DNA of 64,000 nt from Ignisphaera sp. Its GTDB lineage: Archaea > Thermoproteota > Thermoprotei_A > Sulfolobales > Ignisphaeraceae. Position 1 is the stretch's first letter, and each line of letters opens with the position of its first letter. Both the position numbers and the translations under genes were made by a program. Below are positions 1 through 12,357 of this stretch, piece by piece. The notes beneath the pieces were generated by a model. The model made no database searches. It saw only the letters and a program-made list of their open reading frames with translations, and was not told the DNA's origin. The stretch is taken from assembly GCA_038889075.1 (NCBI GenBank), contig JAWAHS010000003.1, positions 17,564-81,563 of the forward strand, read 5' to 3'.

Positions 1-426
1 TGATAATTGGACAGGGTACTTTCTCCAAAGATCCTCAGTAATACCAACCGATAGTAGTGCCTCTTCTGCTTTTCTCATAGCCTCTTCCCTCGGTAGCTTC
101 TTTACCTTTACCAGACCAAGTAGAACGTTATCGATGGCTGTAAGGTGATTAAATAGATTAAAGTGCTGAAATACAAACCCTATCTGGCTTCTAATGCTAT
201 GTACATCCTTCCTCCCTGTAATAATATCCCCATCAAGGATTATTCTACCCCTATCAGGCTTCACTAAGAGATTGATACATCTTAATAGAGTAGACTTACC
301 AGCACCCGAAGGTCCTATTATAACCTTTGTCTCGCCTCTTCTTACCGTGAAGCTAACATTTTTTAGTACGGCTTCCCTTCCATAGAATTTCCAAAGATCT
401 TCGACTACTAGAATATCGTCAGCCAC
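1..426 (-). CDS. Polar amino acid ABC transporter ATP-binding protein (N-terminal part; runs off window start)
   Basis: Not in ORF track. Manual reading from GTG at 426 gives MADDILVVEDLWKFYG...GPSGAGKST (Walker A)...VFQHFNLF; GGTGG upstream; directly follows the permease. Confidence 0.9.
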   Translation of the reverse strand, partial: MADDILVVEDLWKFYGREAVLKNVSFTVRRGETKVIIGPSGAGKSTLLRCINLLVKPDRGRIILDGDIITGRKDVHSIRSQIGFVFQHFNLFNHLTAIDNVLLGLVKVKKLPREEAMRKAEEALLSVGITEDLWRKYPVQLS

Positions 427-438
427 TAAATACCACCT

Positions 439-1122
439 TCAACCCCCTATCATACCCATCTCTAAAAGCTTTCTATGAAATCTATTGGAGACGCACGATA
501 GTGGATAACATATACATAGATACACAAGTGAAACAATTAGTAATGGTTTTAGATAATCTGCAATAACTTGTGCAATATGCACAGCTTGTGTAAATACCTC
601 TACAACTCCTATCGCATACGCTATTGAAGAGTCCTTGAGAACGATTGAAAATTCGTTAATCCATCCTGGGATGGCTATTCTGAATGCCTGTGGAAAAATA
701 ATGTATCTAAAGGTGCCCCAGTGTGTTAAGCCTATTGAATATGCTGCTTCAACTTGTCTCTCGCTTACACTCTCTATAGCTCCCCTAAAAAGCTGTTCTT
801 GATACGCAGAATCGACTAATGCGATTCCCAATATAGCTGAATAAAGTGGTGGTAGAGGAAATCCCGCTCTCGGTAATCCGTAATAGAAGATGAATAGAGC
901 AAGAATTAGTGGTATTCCCCTAACAATCTTTACGTACCATTCTACGGCTTTTACAAGATTTTTAGGACCAAAGATCTCAATAAATGAAAGCAATAGTGCT
1001 ATTGCTGTGGCTATAATGAAACTTGCTATTGATAAGATGAGCGTGGCGCCTATAGAGGAGAATATTATACCTATGTATGTAAAAAATTGTGCATTGTTTG
1101 TCCAATCCATTTTATACTTCAA
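439..1122 (-). CDS. Polar amino acid ABC transporter permease (HisM/GlnP family)
   Basis: RGIPLI motif, EAAYSIG EAA loop, PQAFR, KDSS. Confidence 0.93.
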   Translation of the reverse strand: MKYKMDWTNNAQFFTYIGIIFSSIGATLILSIASFIIATAIALLLSFIEIFGPKNLVKAVEWYVKIVRGIPLILALFIFYYGLPRAGFPLPPLYSAILGIALVDSAYQEQLFRGAIESVSERQVEAAYSIGLTHWGTFRYIIFPQAFRIAIPGWINEFSIVLKDSSIAYAIGVVEVFTQAVHIAQVIADYLKPLLIVSLVYLCICYPLSCVSNRFHRKLLEMGMIGG

Positions 1123-1892
1123 CCAAGATACTTACTGATTATTTCCTGCCACTCTCTAGATCTCAGAAATTCCTCCAGTGCTCTATTTAGACCATTCAGC
1201 AACTCTGTATCACCTTTCCTAACTGCAAGACCGTACTTTTCACCCGTTTCTACAACACACGAAATTGCAACATCGTATGTTTTTACAAATGCCTCTGCCA
1301 CAGGGGTATCTATAACAACAGCGTCTAGACGTCTGTTAACCAAATCCTTTACAGCAAGGACATAGCTATCATAGCGCCTTATATCTATATTCTTTCCCTT
1401 ACTCTCTACAAAATCAGTTAGTAAGCTCTCTGCAGTAGTACCGCTCTGAACACCGACAACCTTTCCGACTAGATCATCTAGACTCTTTGGCATAAAGTTG
1501 GATTCCTTTGCTACAATTACTGCCTGATTTGCATCCCAGTATGGAACTGTAAAAGATACAACCTCTGCTCTTTCACTAGTTATAGTTATACCCGAGGCTA
1601 TAACATCTATCTGATTATTTATCAAAGCCGGTATGAGACCGTCAAAACTCATAGATACAATTTCAACTTCGTAACCCAGCTTCTTAGCCAATGCTTTAAT
1701 AAGATCTATATCTATTCCAACTATTTCTCCCTCTGGTGAAATATATTCGAATGGTGGAAAATCTGGTGAAGTACCAACACGTAGTATCCTCTTTGGACTA
1801 ATGTACTGTGGATAGATGTAGAATGAGTATACCAACACAACTGCAGCTAGAATTATAACTACTAGTAGAATAGCTAACACTATTTTATTCAC
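1119..1892 (-). CDS. Amino acid ABC transporter substrate-binding protein (SBP family 3), membrane anchored
   Basis: N-terminal TM helix, GTSPDFPPFE, G.DIDL, GITITSER, VGVQSGTT. Confidence 0.93.
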   Translation of the reverse strand: MNKIVLAILLVVIILAAVVLVYSFYIYPQYISPKRILRVGTSPDFPPFEYISPEGEIVGIDIDLIKALAKKLGYEVEIVSMSFDGLIPALINNQIDVIASGITITSERAEVVSFTVPYWDANQAVIVAKESNFMPKSLDDLVGKVVGVQSGTTAESLLTDFVESKGKNIDIRRYDSYVLAVKDLVNRRLDAVVIDTPVAEAFVKTYDVAISCVVETGEKYGLAVRKGDTELLNGLNRALEEFLRSREWQEIISKYLG

Positions 1893-1972
1893 TGCCTATA
1901 CACCCTACTCATATGTTTAGATCAGAGAGATATTCAGTTTTAAGGTTTTATGAATATTAACGTACTCGATCG

Positions 1973-3643
1973 TTATGTAGAGAGCACAGCTCCCGTATAT
2001 GCAGAGGTTACAAGCTTAGAGTATCTGGCTAGGTACCCCTTATATCCAATCTCTCGAGGCCTATACTTATCTAACCTTTCTCTAATCTCCTCTGAAGATA
2101 CCAGTAAGTCGATTCTACCTAATCTGAGATCTATTCTAATCCTATCACCATTCTGAACAACTGCTATGGGCCCACCTTCAGCAGCCTCAGGTGAGACATG
2201 TCCTACTGATAGTCCCCTAGTAGCTCCAGAAAACCTGCCATCTGTAACAAGTGCTACATCCCTATCGAGACCCATTCCAGCTAATATAGCTGTTGCTGTA
2301 AGCATTTCTCTCATTCCAGGTCCACCTTTAGGTCCCTCGTATCTTATTACAACTACGTCTCCCTTTTCAACTCTACCATTTGAAATGGCTACCACAGCTT
2401 CCTCCTCACTATCGAATACCTTTGCTATTCCTTCAAATATATATAGATCCTCTGGAACAGCAGAAATCTTAATCACGGCTCCTAATGGTGCTAACGTCCC
2501 TTTAAGAATCTTTATGCTACCTCTTGGATACCAAGGATTGGTAATGGGTCTAATAACATCTTCTCTATGATTTACAGCCTCACTAACTATCTCTCCGACA
2601 GTTTTTAGTGCTACAGTCATCCTATTCTCATGAATCAGACCCTTCCTGGAGAGCTCCTTCATTAGCGCAGGGACTCCTCCAGCCTCATGTAGATCGTGAA
2701 CATGATATGGACCTGAAGGACTCAGCTTGCATAGTGTTGGTGTTCTATTTGAAATCTCCTCGAAATCATCCAATGTTAAACTAATACCACTTTCGGCTGC
2801 TATAGCCATTAAATGGAGAACAGTATTTGTTGAACCACCTAGAGCCATATCAACAGAGATAGCATCTAGAAAGGCTTCCCGTGTTAGTATTGCCCTAGAG
2901 GTTATGTTATGTTCAACCAATTTAACAATAAACATTCCAGTTTTTTTAGCAAGTCTCATTCTTTCGGCTGAAACTGCTGGTGCTGTACCGTTGCCTGGAA
3001 GCGATATCCCCAAGGCCTCTGTCAATGCATTTATAGTATTTGCCGTAAACATTCCTGCACATGAACCTACACCAGGGCATGCAGCCTCCTCTATTGCCTT
3101 GAGCTCTTCATACCCAATCCTACCTGCTTTAAATGCTCCTACAGCCTCGAAAACGTCATGGAGATCTATATCCCTTCCCATATATCTTCCAGCCAACATA
3201 GGACCTCCTGAAATGAATATGGCTGGTATATCCAGCCTTGCAGCAGCCATTAACATACCAGGTATTATCTTGTCGCAGGAGCTTATCAGAACTATTCCAT
3301 CAAATTGATATGCATTTACCATAATCTCTATAGAGTCTGCTATAATCTCTCGTGAAGGTAGGGAGTACTTCATACCACTATGGCCCATGGCAATACCGTC
3401 ACACAGTCCAATCGTATTAAACTCTAGAGGTACACCACCTGCTAGTCTAACGCCAGCCTTCACAGCTTCTGCTATTTCCCTTAGATGTCTATGGCCTGGA
3501 ATGACCTCATTCCATGAATTGGCAATGCCTATTACTGGTCTAGCCAGTTCCTCATCGACCAACCCAAGTGCTCTAAGTAGCGATCTATGGGGCGTCCTCT
3601 CTATTCCTTCTGTTACAATTCTACTCCTTTTCATAAAGCTCAA
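1973..3643 (-). CDS. ilvD: Dihydroxy-acid dehydratase
   Basis: [45 protein letters not shown]. Confidence 0.97.
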   Translation of the reverse strand: MSFMKRSRIVTEGIERTPHRSLLRALGLVDEELARPVIGIANSWNEVIPGHRHLREIAEAVKAGVRLAGGVPLEFNTIGLCDGIAMGHSGMKYSLPSREIIADSIEIMVNAYQFDGIVLISSCDKIIPGMLMAAARLDIPAIFISGGPMLAGRYMGRDIDLHDVFEAVGAFKAGRIGYEELKAIEEAACPGVGSCAGMFTANTINALTEALGISLPGNGTAPAVSAERMRLAKKTGMFIVKLVEHNITSRAILTREAFLDAISVDMALGGSTNTVLHLMAIAAESGISLTLDDFEEISNRTPTLCKLSPSGPYHVHDLHEAGGVPALMKELSRKGLIHENRMTVALKTVGEIVSEAVNHREDVIRPITNPWYPRGSIKILKGTLAPLGAVIKISAVPEDLYIFEGIAKVFDSEEEAVVAISNGRVEKGDVVVIRYEGPKGGPGMREMLTATAILAGMGLDRDVALVTDGRFSGATRGLSVGHVSPEAAEGGPIAVVQNGDRIRIDLRLGRIDLLVSSEEIRERLDKYRPREIGYKGYLARYSKLVTSAYTGAVLST

Positions 3644-3757
3644 CCTCCAACATACACTATCCTTATCTTTCTTTGAGAACCTTCTTTTTATATCTTAATG
3701 ATTGATCATTACCTAGGTACTGGCAAGTCTGTTACAATAGCGGAGACGCTCTATTGA

Positions 3758-5351
3758 CTATGGAAATAGCGTAGCTATATTTGATCCATTAATATCGGTT
3801 TTTCTAAGTTCTCTAACAACACTGTAGTACTCAATACCATCAATTAATGCCTTGATAAGCGCATCTATCATGTTCATTGAAACGCCCTGTGTTGCCCATG
3901 TTTGAAAACCGTCTGTAAATCCGACGGTTACCCTATATGCTCCATCTGGAAGAAGCAGTACCGAAAATGAAGATGTCTTCACTGTATTATGGTTGGATAG
4001 AAGCCTTCTAACAGCCTCTTCAAAGGCCTTCTTCAAAGCTGTTATTGCATCTATATCTGTAGCTCTATCATTAATCTCGTTCAGATTTACTATAGCTATT
4101 GAAGCTCCTGTAGAATCTGTAAATATGGTCCAGCTGTATCTGCTAATGATATTTCTCTTTACCCCTAACTCTCTTAATACTTCTAAAATTGCTGAAGCTG
4201 GAGCAGTATTAAATGCGTATCCCTGTTTTTCCAGGCTCTTGATTTTCATCAATGCTTTTCTAATCCTTTCATCCCTCTTATTAAGATCTATCCCTAGATC
4301 CTTTAGCAAAGCAATTATATTGGATACACCTGAAAGCTCTGAAACAACTATTATCCTATTGTTGCCAACTACAGATGGATCTATGTGCTCATAGGCTCTA
4401 GGATTCTTTAAAACTGCATCTACATGTATGCCAGCCTTGTGAGCGAATGCATATTCACCTACATATGGTTGATATGGATTAGGTTCTACACCAGTAAGTC
4501 TGTAAACCAATTGCGATACTTCTCTTAATTTCTTAAAGCTCTCAAGATCTTTCAATACCTTAAAATTCATTTTAAATGCTAGTGTGGGTAGAACTTGAAC
4601 TAGGTCAGCATTCCCAGCTCTCTCACCAATACCATTTATAGTACCCTGTACATGCCTTGCTCCAGCTACTACACCCATTAGTGTATTTGCAACCGCACAA
4701 CCTATATCATTATGCATATGGAGTCCTATCTTAACCTTTACATGATTAGAAACCCTTCGTGTAATATCATAGATCTCCATAGGTGTAGTACTACCAGTTG
4801 TATCTGCAAGAATAACTGCACTAGCACCCGCCTGCTCAGCAGTCATGATAACCTCCAATGCATACTCTGGATCGTCTTTAAATCCCTGGTAGAAATGCTC
4901 AGCATCGAATAAAACCTCAATACCATGCGATTTCAAATAGTCAATCGATTCATAGATCATATTTAGATTAATATCCTCTGGAACTCTCAATACATCTCTA
5001 ACATGTAAAGTCCACGCCTTTCCAAACAGCACTGCTACGTCCACATCGGCTTTTATAATGGCGTATATATTTGGATCGTTATCCACACGGAGATCTTTTC
5101 TTCTAGTACTTCCAAAGGCTACCACCTTTGAATATGCTAAACCATACCTTTTAATCTCTTTAAAGAATTCGCTATCCTTTGGATTTGAACCGGGCCAACC
5201 ACCCTCTATATAGTCGATGCCCAAATCATCTAAAGCTATAGCAATCCTTATCTTGTCCTCGATGGAGAGTGAAACCCCTGCTGCTTGTGTCCCATCCCTC
5301 AATGTTGTATCGAGAACTTCAACCTTGGATTTCTAGACCACCTGCCACCAT
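3758..5351 (-). CDS. cimA: Citramalate synthase (LeuA/CimA family); 5' end interrupted (see findings)
   Basis: DTTLRDG.Q, EGGWPGSNPKD, DAEHF, HMHND, GIGER.GNA, HKAGIH, SELSG. The conserved KVEVLDTT extends upstream of the track start (5302) to an in-frame TAG at 5333-5335; the first ATG (5351) is in another frame. Confidence 0.85.
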
Positions 5352-5452
5352 CTACACCCTGGCATTCAGCTTAGAGAGCACTTCGTATAAATGGCTTAAA
5401 AAGTTTTATGCTGTAAAATTAGTTTAGATATAGTAAAACAGTTTGGATTAGA

Positions 5453-6816
<1,364 letters not shown>

Positions 6817-6839
<23 letters not shown>

Positions 6840-8544
6840 GCAGTATCATCTCCCTTAGACTTCCTCCTGGAGGGAGCGTTGGTAGAGACAATTCATCTTT
6901 CTTTATAGGAATCCTGATAACAGACGGCATGTTCTCCCGTATGCTATGCTTTATAGCAACTACAAGGTCTTCATATGTTTGTGCATCAAATCCTAGTGCA
7001 CCCAGACCTTCAGCAATCCTAATGTAGTCTATTGATGAACCAAAGTCGACACTTATAATTCTGCCACCAAAGAATAGATCTTGAACCTGTCTTACAAGTC
7101 CCAGCGTTCTATTATCGAATATGGCTACTATTATAGGTATATTCTCGTCGACTGCTGTCGACAGGTTGTTCATGGTCATAAGGAATGACCCGTCGCCGTC
7201 TAAATCCATTACAATTCTATTGGGCTGTGCTACCTTAGCACCAATCGCTGCCGGTAACCCAAATCCCATGGTACCCATTCCACCGGATGTTATAAATGTC
7301 CGTGGTTCGAGAGCCTCCCAGAAAACTCCACACCACATCTGGTGCTGTCCAACACCCGTTGTAATTATAGCATCCCTTGGTAGTACCCCCCTAATCGTCT
7401 TTAGGACCCTCCACGGCTTTAACCCTACATTATCTTCATCAACATAGTAGTACTGTGAATAGTGGTCCCTAAATTCGTATATTCTCCTAATCCAGTTTGA
7501 TCGCTCAAATTTAACACCGATATTCATTAATGCATCTATCAACTTCCTTAGAATGGCCTTTGCATCACCTATTAGTGCTACATCAACTTTTATGGGCAAC
7601 CTTTCTATCTCTGTCGGATCGATATTTACTACGATAAACTTCTTCTTAGAATCTACCATATCTCCATACGATGTTATAGTTCTGTCACTTAGCCTAGCAC
7701 CTACTACTAAAACTGTGTCAGATTCTAGAAATGCTATGTTGGCCTCAGCCCTCCCATAGTACCCCATCATTCCTATATAGAGAGGATAGTCATTTGGCAC
7801 AGCTGACTTTCCTAAAAGCGTCGACACTATAGGTGCTATAAGTATATCAGCTAGTATAGTTATTTCATCTGCGGCCATTGACATAACCGCTCCAGATCCT
7901 ACTAAAATTAGCGGTCTCTCTGCATTAACCAAGATCTCTACAGCCTTCTTAATCAGAATAGAGTCTGCATACATTGGAAACCTCTTAAACCCTCTAATAC
8001 CTTCCCCACTAAACATCGCATCCCCATCAATAATCTCTTCATTAAAGATGTCACGCGGTACATCCACTACTACGGGACCCGGACGCCCCTCAGTAGCTAT
8101 ATAAAAAGCATTGCGAAGCCATATAGGTATGTCACTACCATTTCTTATCTGAATAACAAACTTTACAATATTTTGGACAACACCCGGGATATCTGCTTCC
8201 TGAAATGACATTTTACCTATCGATGTTCTAGGAACTTGTCCAGTTATTGCCACCACTGGCGAGTTGTCCCAGTATGCTGTTGCTAGACCTGTAACCAGAT
8301 TGAGTGCGCCAGGACCTGAGGTAGCTGTACATACACCAGGTCTACCTAGAACCCTTGCATATCCATCTGCAGCGTGCGCTGCCCCCTGTTCATGTCTCAT
8401 TAGAATCAGTTTCATCTCTCCATTCCTAACATAATCAACTAGTGCATCATATAGTGTCATATTCGATAATCCAGGTATTCCAAATATCACCTTAACACCT
8501 AGATCTTTTAGAGTCTTAGCTGTAAGCTCAGCTCCTTTCACCAT
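6817..8544 (-). CDS. ilvB: Acetolactate synthase large subunit
   Basis: RHEQGAAHAADGYAR, TSGPGA, TGQV, GRPGPV, ThDP motif GDGSF...N. Confidence 0.97.
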
Positions 8545-8732
8545 TGATCACCTAGAACATAATGGTAGTAGTTGTACCTTGCACGGTTAGTCTATTTGTT
8601 CCATCTTTTGCTTTAGATTTATGGGCAGATAATTCCTCATTACACCTCGGTATAGTTATTGAACTTGGAGTTCCATCTACCCCACCACATGCTTGGTTTC
8701 ACGGTATATAGAAGTAGATTTCTTGTACAGGG

Positions 8733-8740
8733 TTTTTAAA
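8733..8740 (-). promoter_or_regulatory. Probable TATA box of the ilvB operon (TTTAAAAA preceded by purine-rich BRE)
   Basis: Minus strand GTAAAAG-TTTAAAAA; would give a leader of about 165 nt before ilvB. Confidence 0.45.
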
Positions 8741-8889
8741 CTTTTACAGGTATTCATAATTTAAATAGATATATATCTAATGATATCGAATTTATATCTT
8801 TTTATAATAGTTTCAACAGTTAGTTAGCCATAAACACTTAAATACCTCTTCTAGAGCTTTATTTCTAAGTACACCTACTCAAAGGAGGG

Positions 8890-10062
8890 ATGAGTATTGC
8901 TCCAACTCTGAATAACTCAACTAAGAATGTAAAAAGAAGGTATGTGAGGATACTCGATACAACATTACGTGATGGAGAGCAGATGCCTGGTATTGCTCTA
9001 AAACCCGACCAAAAGCTTAAGATAGCGTTAGCTCTAGAAGATCTAGGCGTTGATTCAATTGAAGCTGGCTTTCCAATAACAAGTCCGGGGGAGTTTGAAG
9101 CTGTTAAAATGATTGCTAAGGAAGTCAGATCATCGGAGGTTATAGCTTTAGCAAGATCAGTTAAAGAGGATATAGATAGGGTTATCGATACTGATGCCAA
9201 CGCTATTCATCTATTCATAGCAACATCGGATATACATATGAAATACAAACTTAAATTACCTCCACATCAAGTTATCGAGAGGGCTGTAGCTGCAGTTGAG
9301 TACGCTAAATCCCATGGGCTTATAGTTGAATTTAGTGCTGAGGATGCCACTAGATCGGATCCGGAATTTCTAGTCAAAGTCTTTCAAGCCGTAGTTGATG
9401 TAGGGACATCTAGAATCGATATTGCTGATACAGTTGGTGTTGCCTATCCAAGTTTTATGGCAAGGTTAACCAGATACATAAAGGATAGTGTAAAGGGAAA
9501 TTATGTAATCAGTGTCCATTGTCACGATGATTTTGGTATGGCTGTAGCAAATAGTATTGCAGGGGTTGAAGCGGGGGCTGGCCAAGTACATGCTACAGTT
9601 CTAGGTGTTGGTGAAAGGGCTGGCAATGCTGCTTTAGAGGAGGTTGCCACAGCCATAAAGTTTCTCTTAGGCTACGATACCGGAATAAAGTTTGAAAAAA
9701 TCAACAGTATCGTACAGCTCGTTACCAAGGAATACGGTCTTGTTATACCACCAAATAAGGCTATCGTCGGCCGTAATGCATTTTCCCACGAATCTGGAAT
9801 ACACGTACATGGAGTTCTAAACCATCCATTAACTTACGAACCTATAGATCCATCTATTATAGGTGCTGAGAGAAAAATTGTCATAGGTAAGCATAGTGGT
9901 AGACACGCAATAGTGTTTCTACTAAAACAGCTCGGCTATGAACCGAGAGACGATATTGTAGAGACCGTCCTTAAAAAGGTAAAGGAGTTGGCTGACCAAG
10001 GAATGAAGATAAATTCCAAAATTGTAGAAGATATTATTAAAGAGGTAGCTGGTGTTAGATAG
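8890..10062 (+). CDS. leuA: 2-isopropylmalate synthase (short form, no C-terminal regulatory domain)
   Basis: [43 protein letters not shown]; GGAGG SD; adjacent to leuB. Confidence 0.88.
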   Translation: MSIAPTLNNSTKNVKRRYVRILDTTLRDGEQMPGIALKPDQKLKIALALEDLGVDSIEAGFPITSPGEFEAVKMIAKEVRSSEVIALARSVKEDIDRVIDTDANAIHLFIATSDIHMKYKLKLPPHQVIERAVAAVEYAKSHGLIVEFSAEDATRSDPEFLVKVFQAVVDVGTSRIDIADTVGVAYPSFMARLTRYIKDSVKGNYVISVHCHDDFGMAVANSIAGVEAGAGQVHATVLGVGERAGNAALEEVATAIKFLLGYDTGIKFEKINSIVQLVTKEYGLVIPPNKAIVGRNAFSHESGIHVHGVLNHPLTYEPIDPSIIGAERKIVIGKHSGRHAIVFLLKQLGYEPRDDIVETVLKKVKELADQGMKINSKIVEDIIKEVAGVR

Positions 10063-11088
10063 ATGTACACAACATACCATATTGCCGTCATAGAGGGTGA
10101 TGGTATTGGTCCAGAGATAGTTGCAGCTACGTTAGGTGTGTTAGAGAAGGTTAGGAGAAAACACGGTCTCAACATCAAGGTTTTAAAGGCTGAGGTAGGC
10201 GATAGAGCTTTAGCTAGATATGGAGTAGCGGTTCCTGAAGAGTCATGGAAAATCATAAAGTCGTCTGATGCTATTTTAAAAGGTCCTGTGGGTGAATCGG
10301 CAGGAGATGTTGTTGTTAAGATACGAAGAGGACTGGATCTCTATGCAAATATTAGACCTGCTAAGGTCTTTCCAGGCATAAGGGCTTTGAAAGAAAACAT
10401 AGATATGATTATTGTAAGGGAGAATACAGAGGACGTTTATATAAGGGCTGAATACATGTTGCCAGAGGATGTAGCTGTTGCTCTAAGGGTTGTAAGCAGA
10501 AGGGCATGTAAAAGAATAGCGAAGATCGCCTTTGAAATTGCTTCTAGGAGGCGAAAGCATGTAACAGTTGTGCATAAGGCCAATGTTCTATCGCTTTCCG
10601 ATGGCCTCTTTAGAGATACCGTATATGAATTAGGTAAAACCGTATATCCTAATATTGTTATCGATGAAATGTATATAGATGCTGCTGTTATGGATCTTGT
10701 AAGAAGACCTGAAAAATTTGATGTTATAGTAACAACAAATCTGTATGGCGATATACTGAGTGATTTAGCTGCATACATTACAGGTAGCATAGGTTTAGCA
10801 GCTTCTGCAAATATTGGTGAGGATAAAGCTATGTTTGAACCGATACATGGCGCAGCATTCGATATTGCTGGTAAGGGAATAGCTAATCCGACTGCCATGA
10901 TACTATCACTATCATGGCTTCTGAAATGGCTCGGCGAACAAAAGACTGATCATGAAATGGTGATGGCTGGTGAAGAAATTGAAAATGCTGTTATAGCCAC
11001 TCTCTCTAAAGGCGATAAGCTTACCCCTGATCTTGGGGGCAACGCTACAACATACGAATTTGCTGAAGCAGTTATATCAAGAATTTAG
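10063..11088 (+). CDS. leuB: 3-isopropylmalate dehydrogenase
   Basis: GDGIGPE, LYANIRP, RENTE, HKANV, NLYGDILSD, EPIHGAAFDIAGKGIANP. Confidence 0.93.
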   Translation: MYTTYHIAVIEGDGIGPEIVAATLGVLEKVRRKHGLNIKVLKAEVGDRALARYGVAVPEESWKIIKSSDAILKGPVGESAGDVVVKIRRGLDLYANIRPAKVFPGIRALKENIDMIIVRENTEDVYIRAEYMLPEDVAVALRVVSRRACKRIAKIAFEIASRRRKHVTVVHKANVLSLSDGLFRDTVYELGKTVYPNIVIDEMYIDAAVMDLVRRPEKFDVIVTTNLYGDILSDLAAYITGSIGLAASANIGEDKAMFEPIHGAAFDIAGKGIANPTAMILSLSWLLKWLGEQKTDHEMVMAGEEIENAVIATLSKGDKLTPDLGGNATTYEFAEAVISRI

Positions 11089-11474
11089 TAGATGCTATCC
11101 TCTCTAATTCTTAGCATTCCTAGATCCCTATAGAAGCATGTACTATTGCCTGTGTGGCATATGGGGCCTTTGGACTCTACAAGAATTAGTACTGAATCAT
11201 TATCACAGTCCACCCTTAGATCGGTAACTATTTGATAATTGCCGCTTGTCTCTCCCTTTAACCACAGCCTTCTCCTGGATAGTGACCATAGATGCAAATA
11301 TCCTGTTGTTAATGTTTTTATGAGGGCCTCTTTATTCATATGACCAACCATTAAGACCTCCCTACTCTTTGCATCTTGAACAACTGCTATTACCGTTCCT
11401 TGTTCATATCTAAAGTTCAGTTTACTAGCAATACTTTCAGCCGCCGGCTGAGGTATTTTCAACACTTTATCCAC
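11085..11474 (-). CDS. hisI: Phosphoribosyl-AMP cyclohydrolase
   Basis: WSLSR..LW.KGETSG, DCD.D, CHTG..TCF. Confidence 0.96.
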   Translation of the reverse strand: MDKVLKIPQPAAESIASKLNFRYEQGTVIAVVQDAKSREVLMVGHMNKEALIKTLTTGYLHLWSLSRRRLWLKGETSGNYQIVTDLRVDCDNDSVLILVESKGPICHTGNSTCFYRDLGMLRIREDSIY

Positions 11475-12076
11475 CTGTATAGAGTATCTAGAAAAGCCAA
11501 ACCTACCTTGCTACTCTTTTCGGGATGGAACTGCGTTCCAACAATATTCTTTTTAACCACTAGTGCTGGGAATGTTGTACCATAGTAGCTAACCATACAT
11601 AGGATTGTCTCATCAATAGGGTAAGCTACATAGCTATGGATAAAGTAGACATAGCGGCCACTAATTCCACTAAAAATTTCACAGCTACTGTTAGCATTTT
11701 TTATTGTATATATCCTATCCCAACCTATATGCGGAAGCTTTAAATCCGTGACAAGCCTATCTACATATCCCTTAAACCAGCCAAGCCCTTTATGGAAACC
11801 TCCCTCAAATCCATATTCAAACATTATCTGCATACCTAAACATATACCTAGAAACCAAACTCCAGCCTCCTTAGCTTCTTCAAATACGTCTGCCATCCTC
11901 CTAACATACATAGAAACAGCATTGAATGTACCAACTCCAGGGAATACCACTAGACTATACTCCTTCCAATTTCTATCTAGGAAATTCATCACAGCTACAT
12001 CAAATCCTACCTTTCTTAAAGATGATACGATGCTAAAGATGTTACCGACACCATAATTTATCACTACAGCTTTCAT
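11459..12076 (-). CDS. hisH: Imidazole glycerol phosphate synthase glutaminase subunit
   Basis: YGVGN, PGVG, GICLGMQ, PHIGW, QFHPEKS. Confidence 0.97.
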   Translation of the reverse strand: MKAVVINYGVGNIFSIVSSLRKVGFDVAVMNFLDRNWKEYSLVVFPGVGTFNAVSMYVRRMADVFEEAKEAGVWFLGICLGMQIMFEYGFEGGFHKGLGWFKGYVDRLVTDLKLPHIGWDRIYTIKNANSSCEIFSGISGRYVYFIHSYVAYPIDETILCMVSYYGTTFPALVVKKNIVGTQFHPEKSSKVGLAFLDTLYRWIKC

Positions 12077-12357
12077 TTTCTTCGCCTTTCAAGCTCCTTA
12101 CATACATCATCCAACGTTATATTGTTTACCGCCATTAACACCATGAGATGGTAGATCAAATCGGCAACCTCGCTTATGATTCTTTCTCGTGATTCTATTA
12201 GCGATGCTATAATAACCTCTATAGCTTCCTCTCCAACCTTCCTAGCTATATACTCCATGCCTCTCTCAACAAGCTGTACTGTATAGCTACCTGAAACCCT
12301 ATTACCTATTCTATCCAGAATAATGCTGTAGAGCTCCTCCAGAACGCTACACATCAT
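12073..12357 (-). CDS. hisE: Phosphoribosyl-ATP pyrophosphatase
   Basis: GSYT, KVGEEA.E, E.ADL.YH. Confidence 0.96.
   Translation of the reverse strand: MMCSVLEELYSIILDRIGNRVSGSYTVQLVERGMEYIARKVGEEAIEVIIASLIESRERIISEVADLIYHLMVLMAVNNITLDDVCKELERRRK

Noticed and set aside
5333-5335. TAG reassignment (pyrrolysine-type code) as the explanation for the cimA stop
   Set aside because: TAG ends many genes here at their expected C-termini (leuA, leuB, ilvC, nadE), and no pyl genes are seen.
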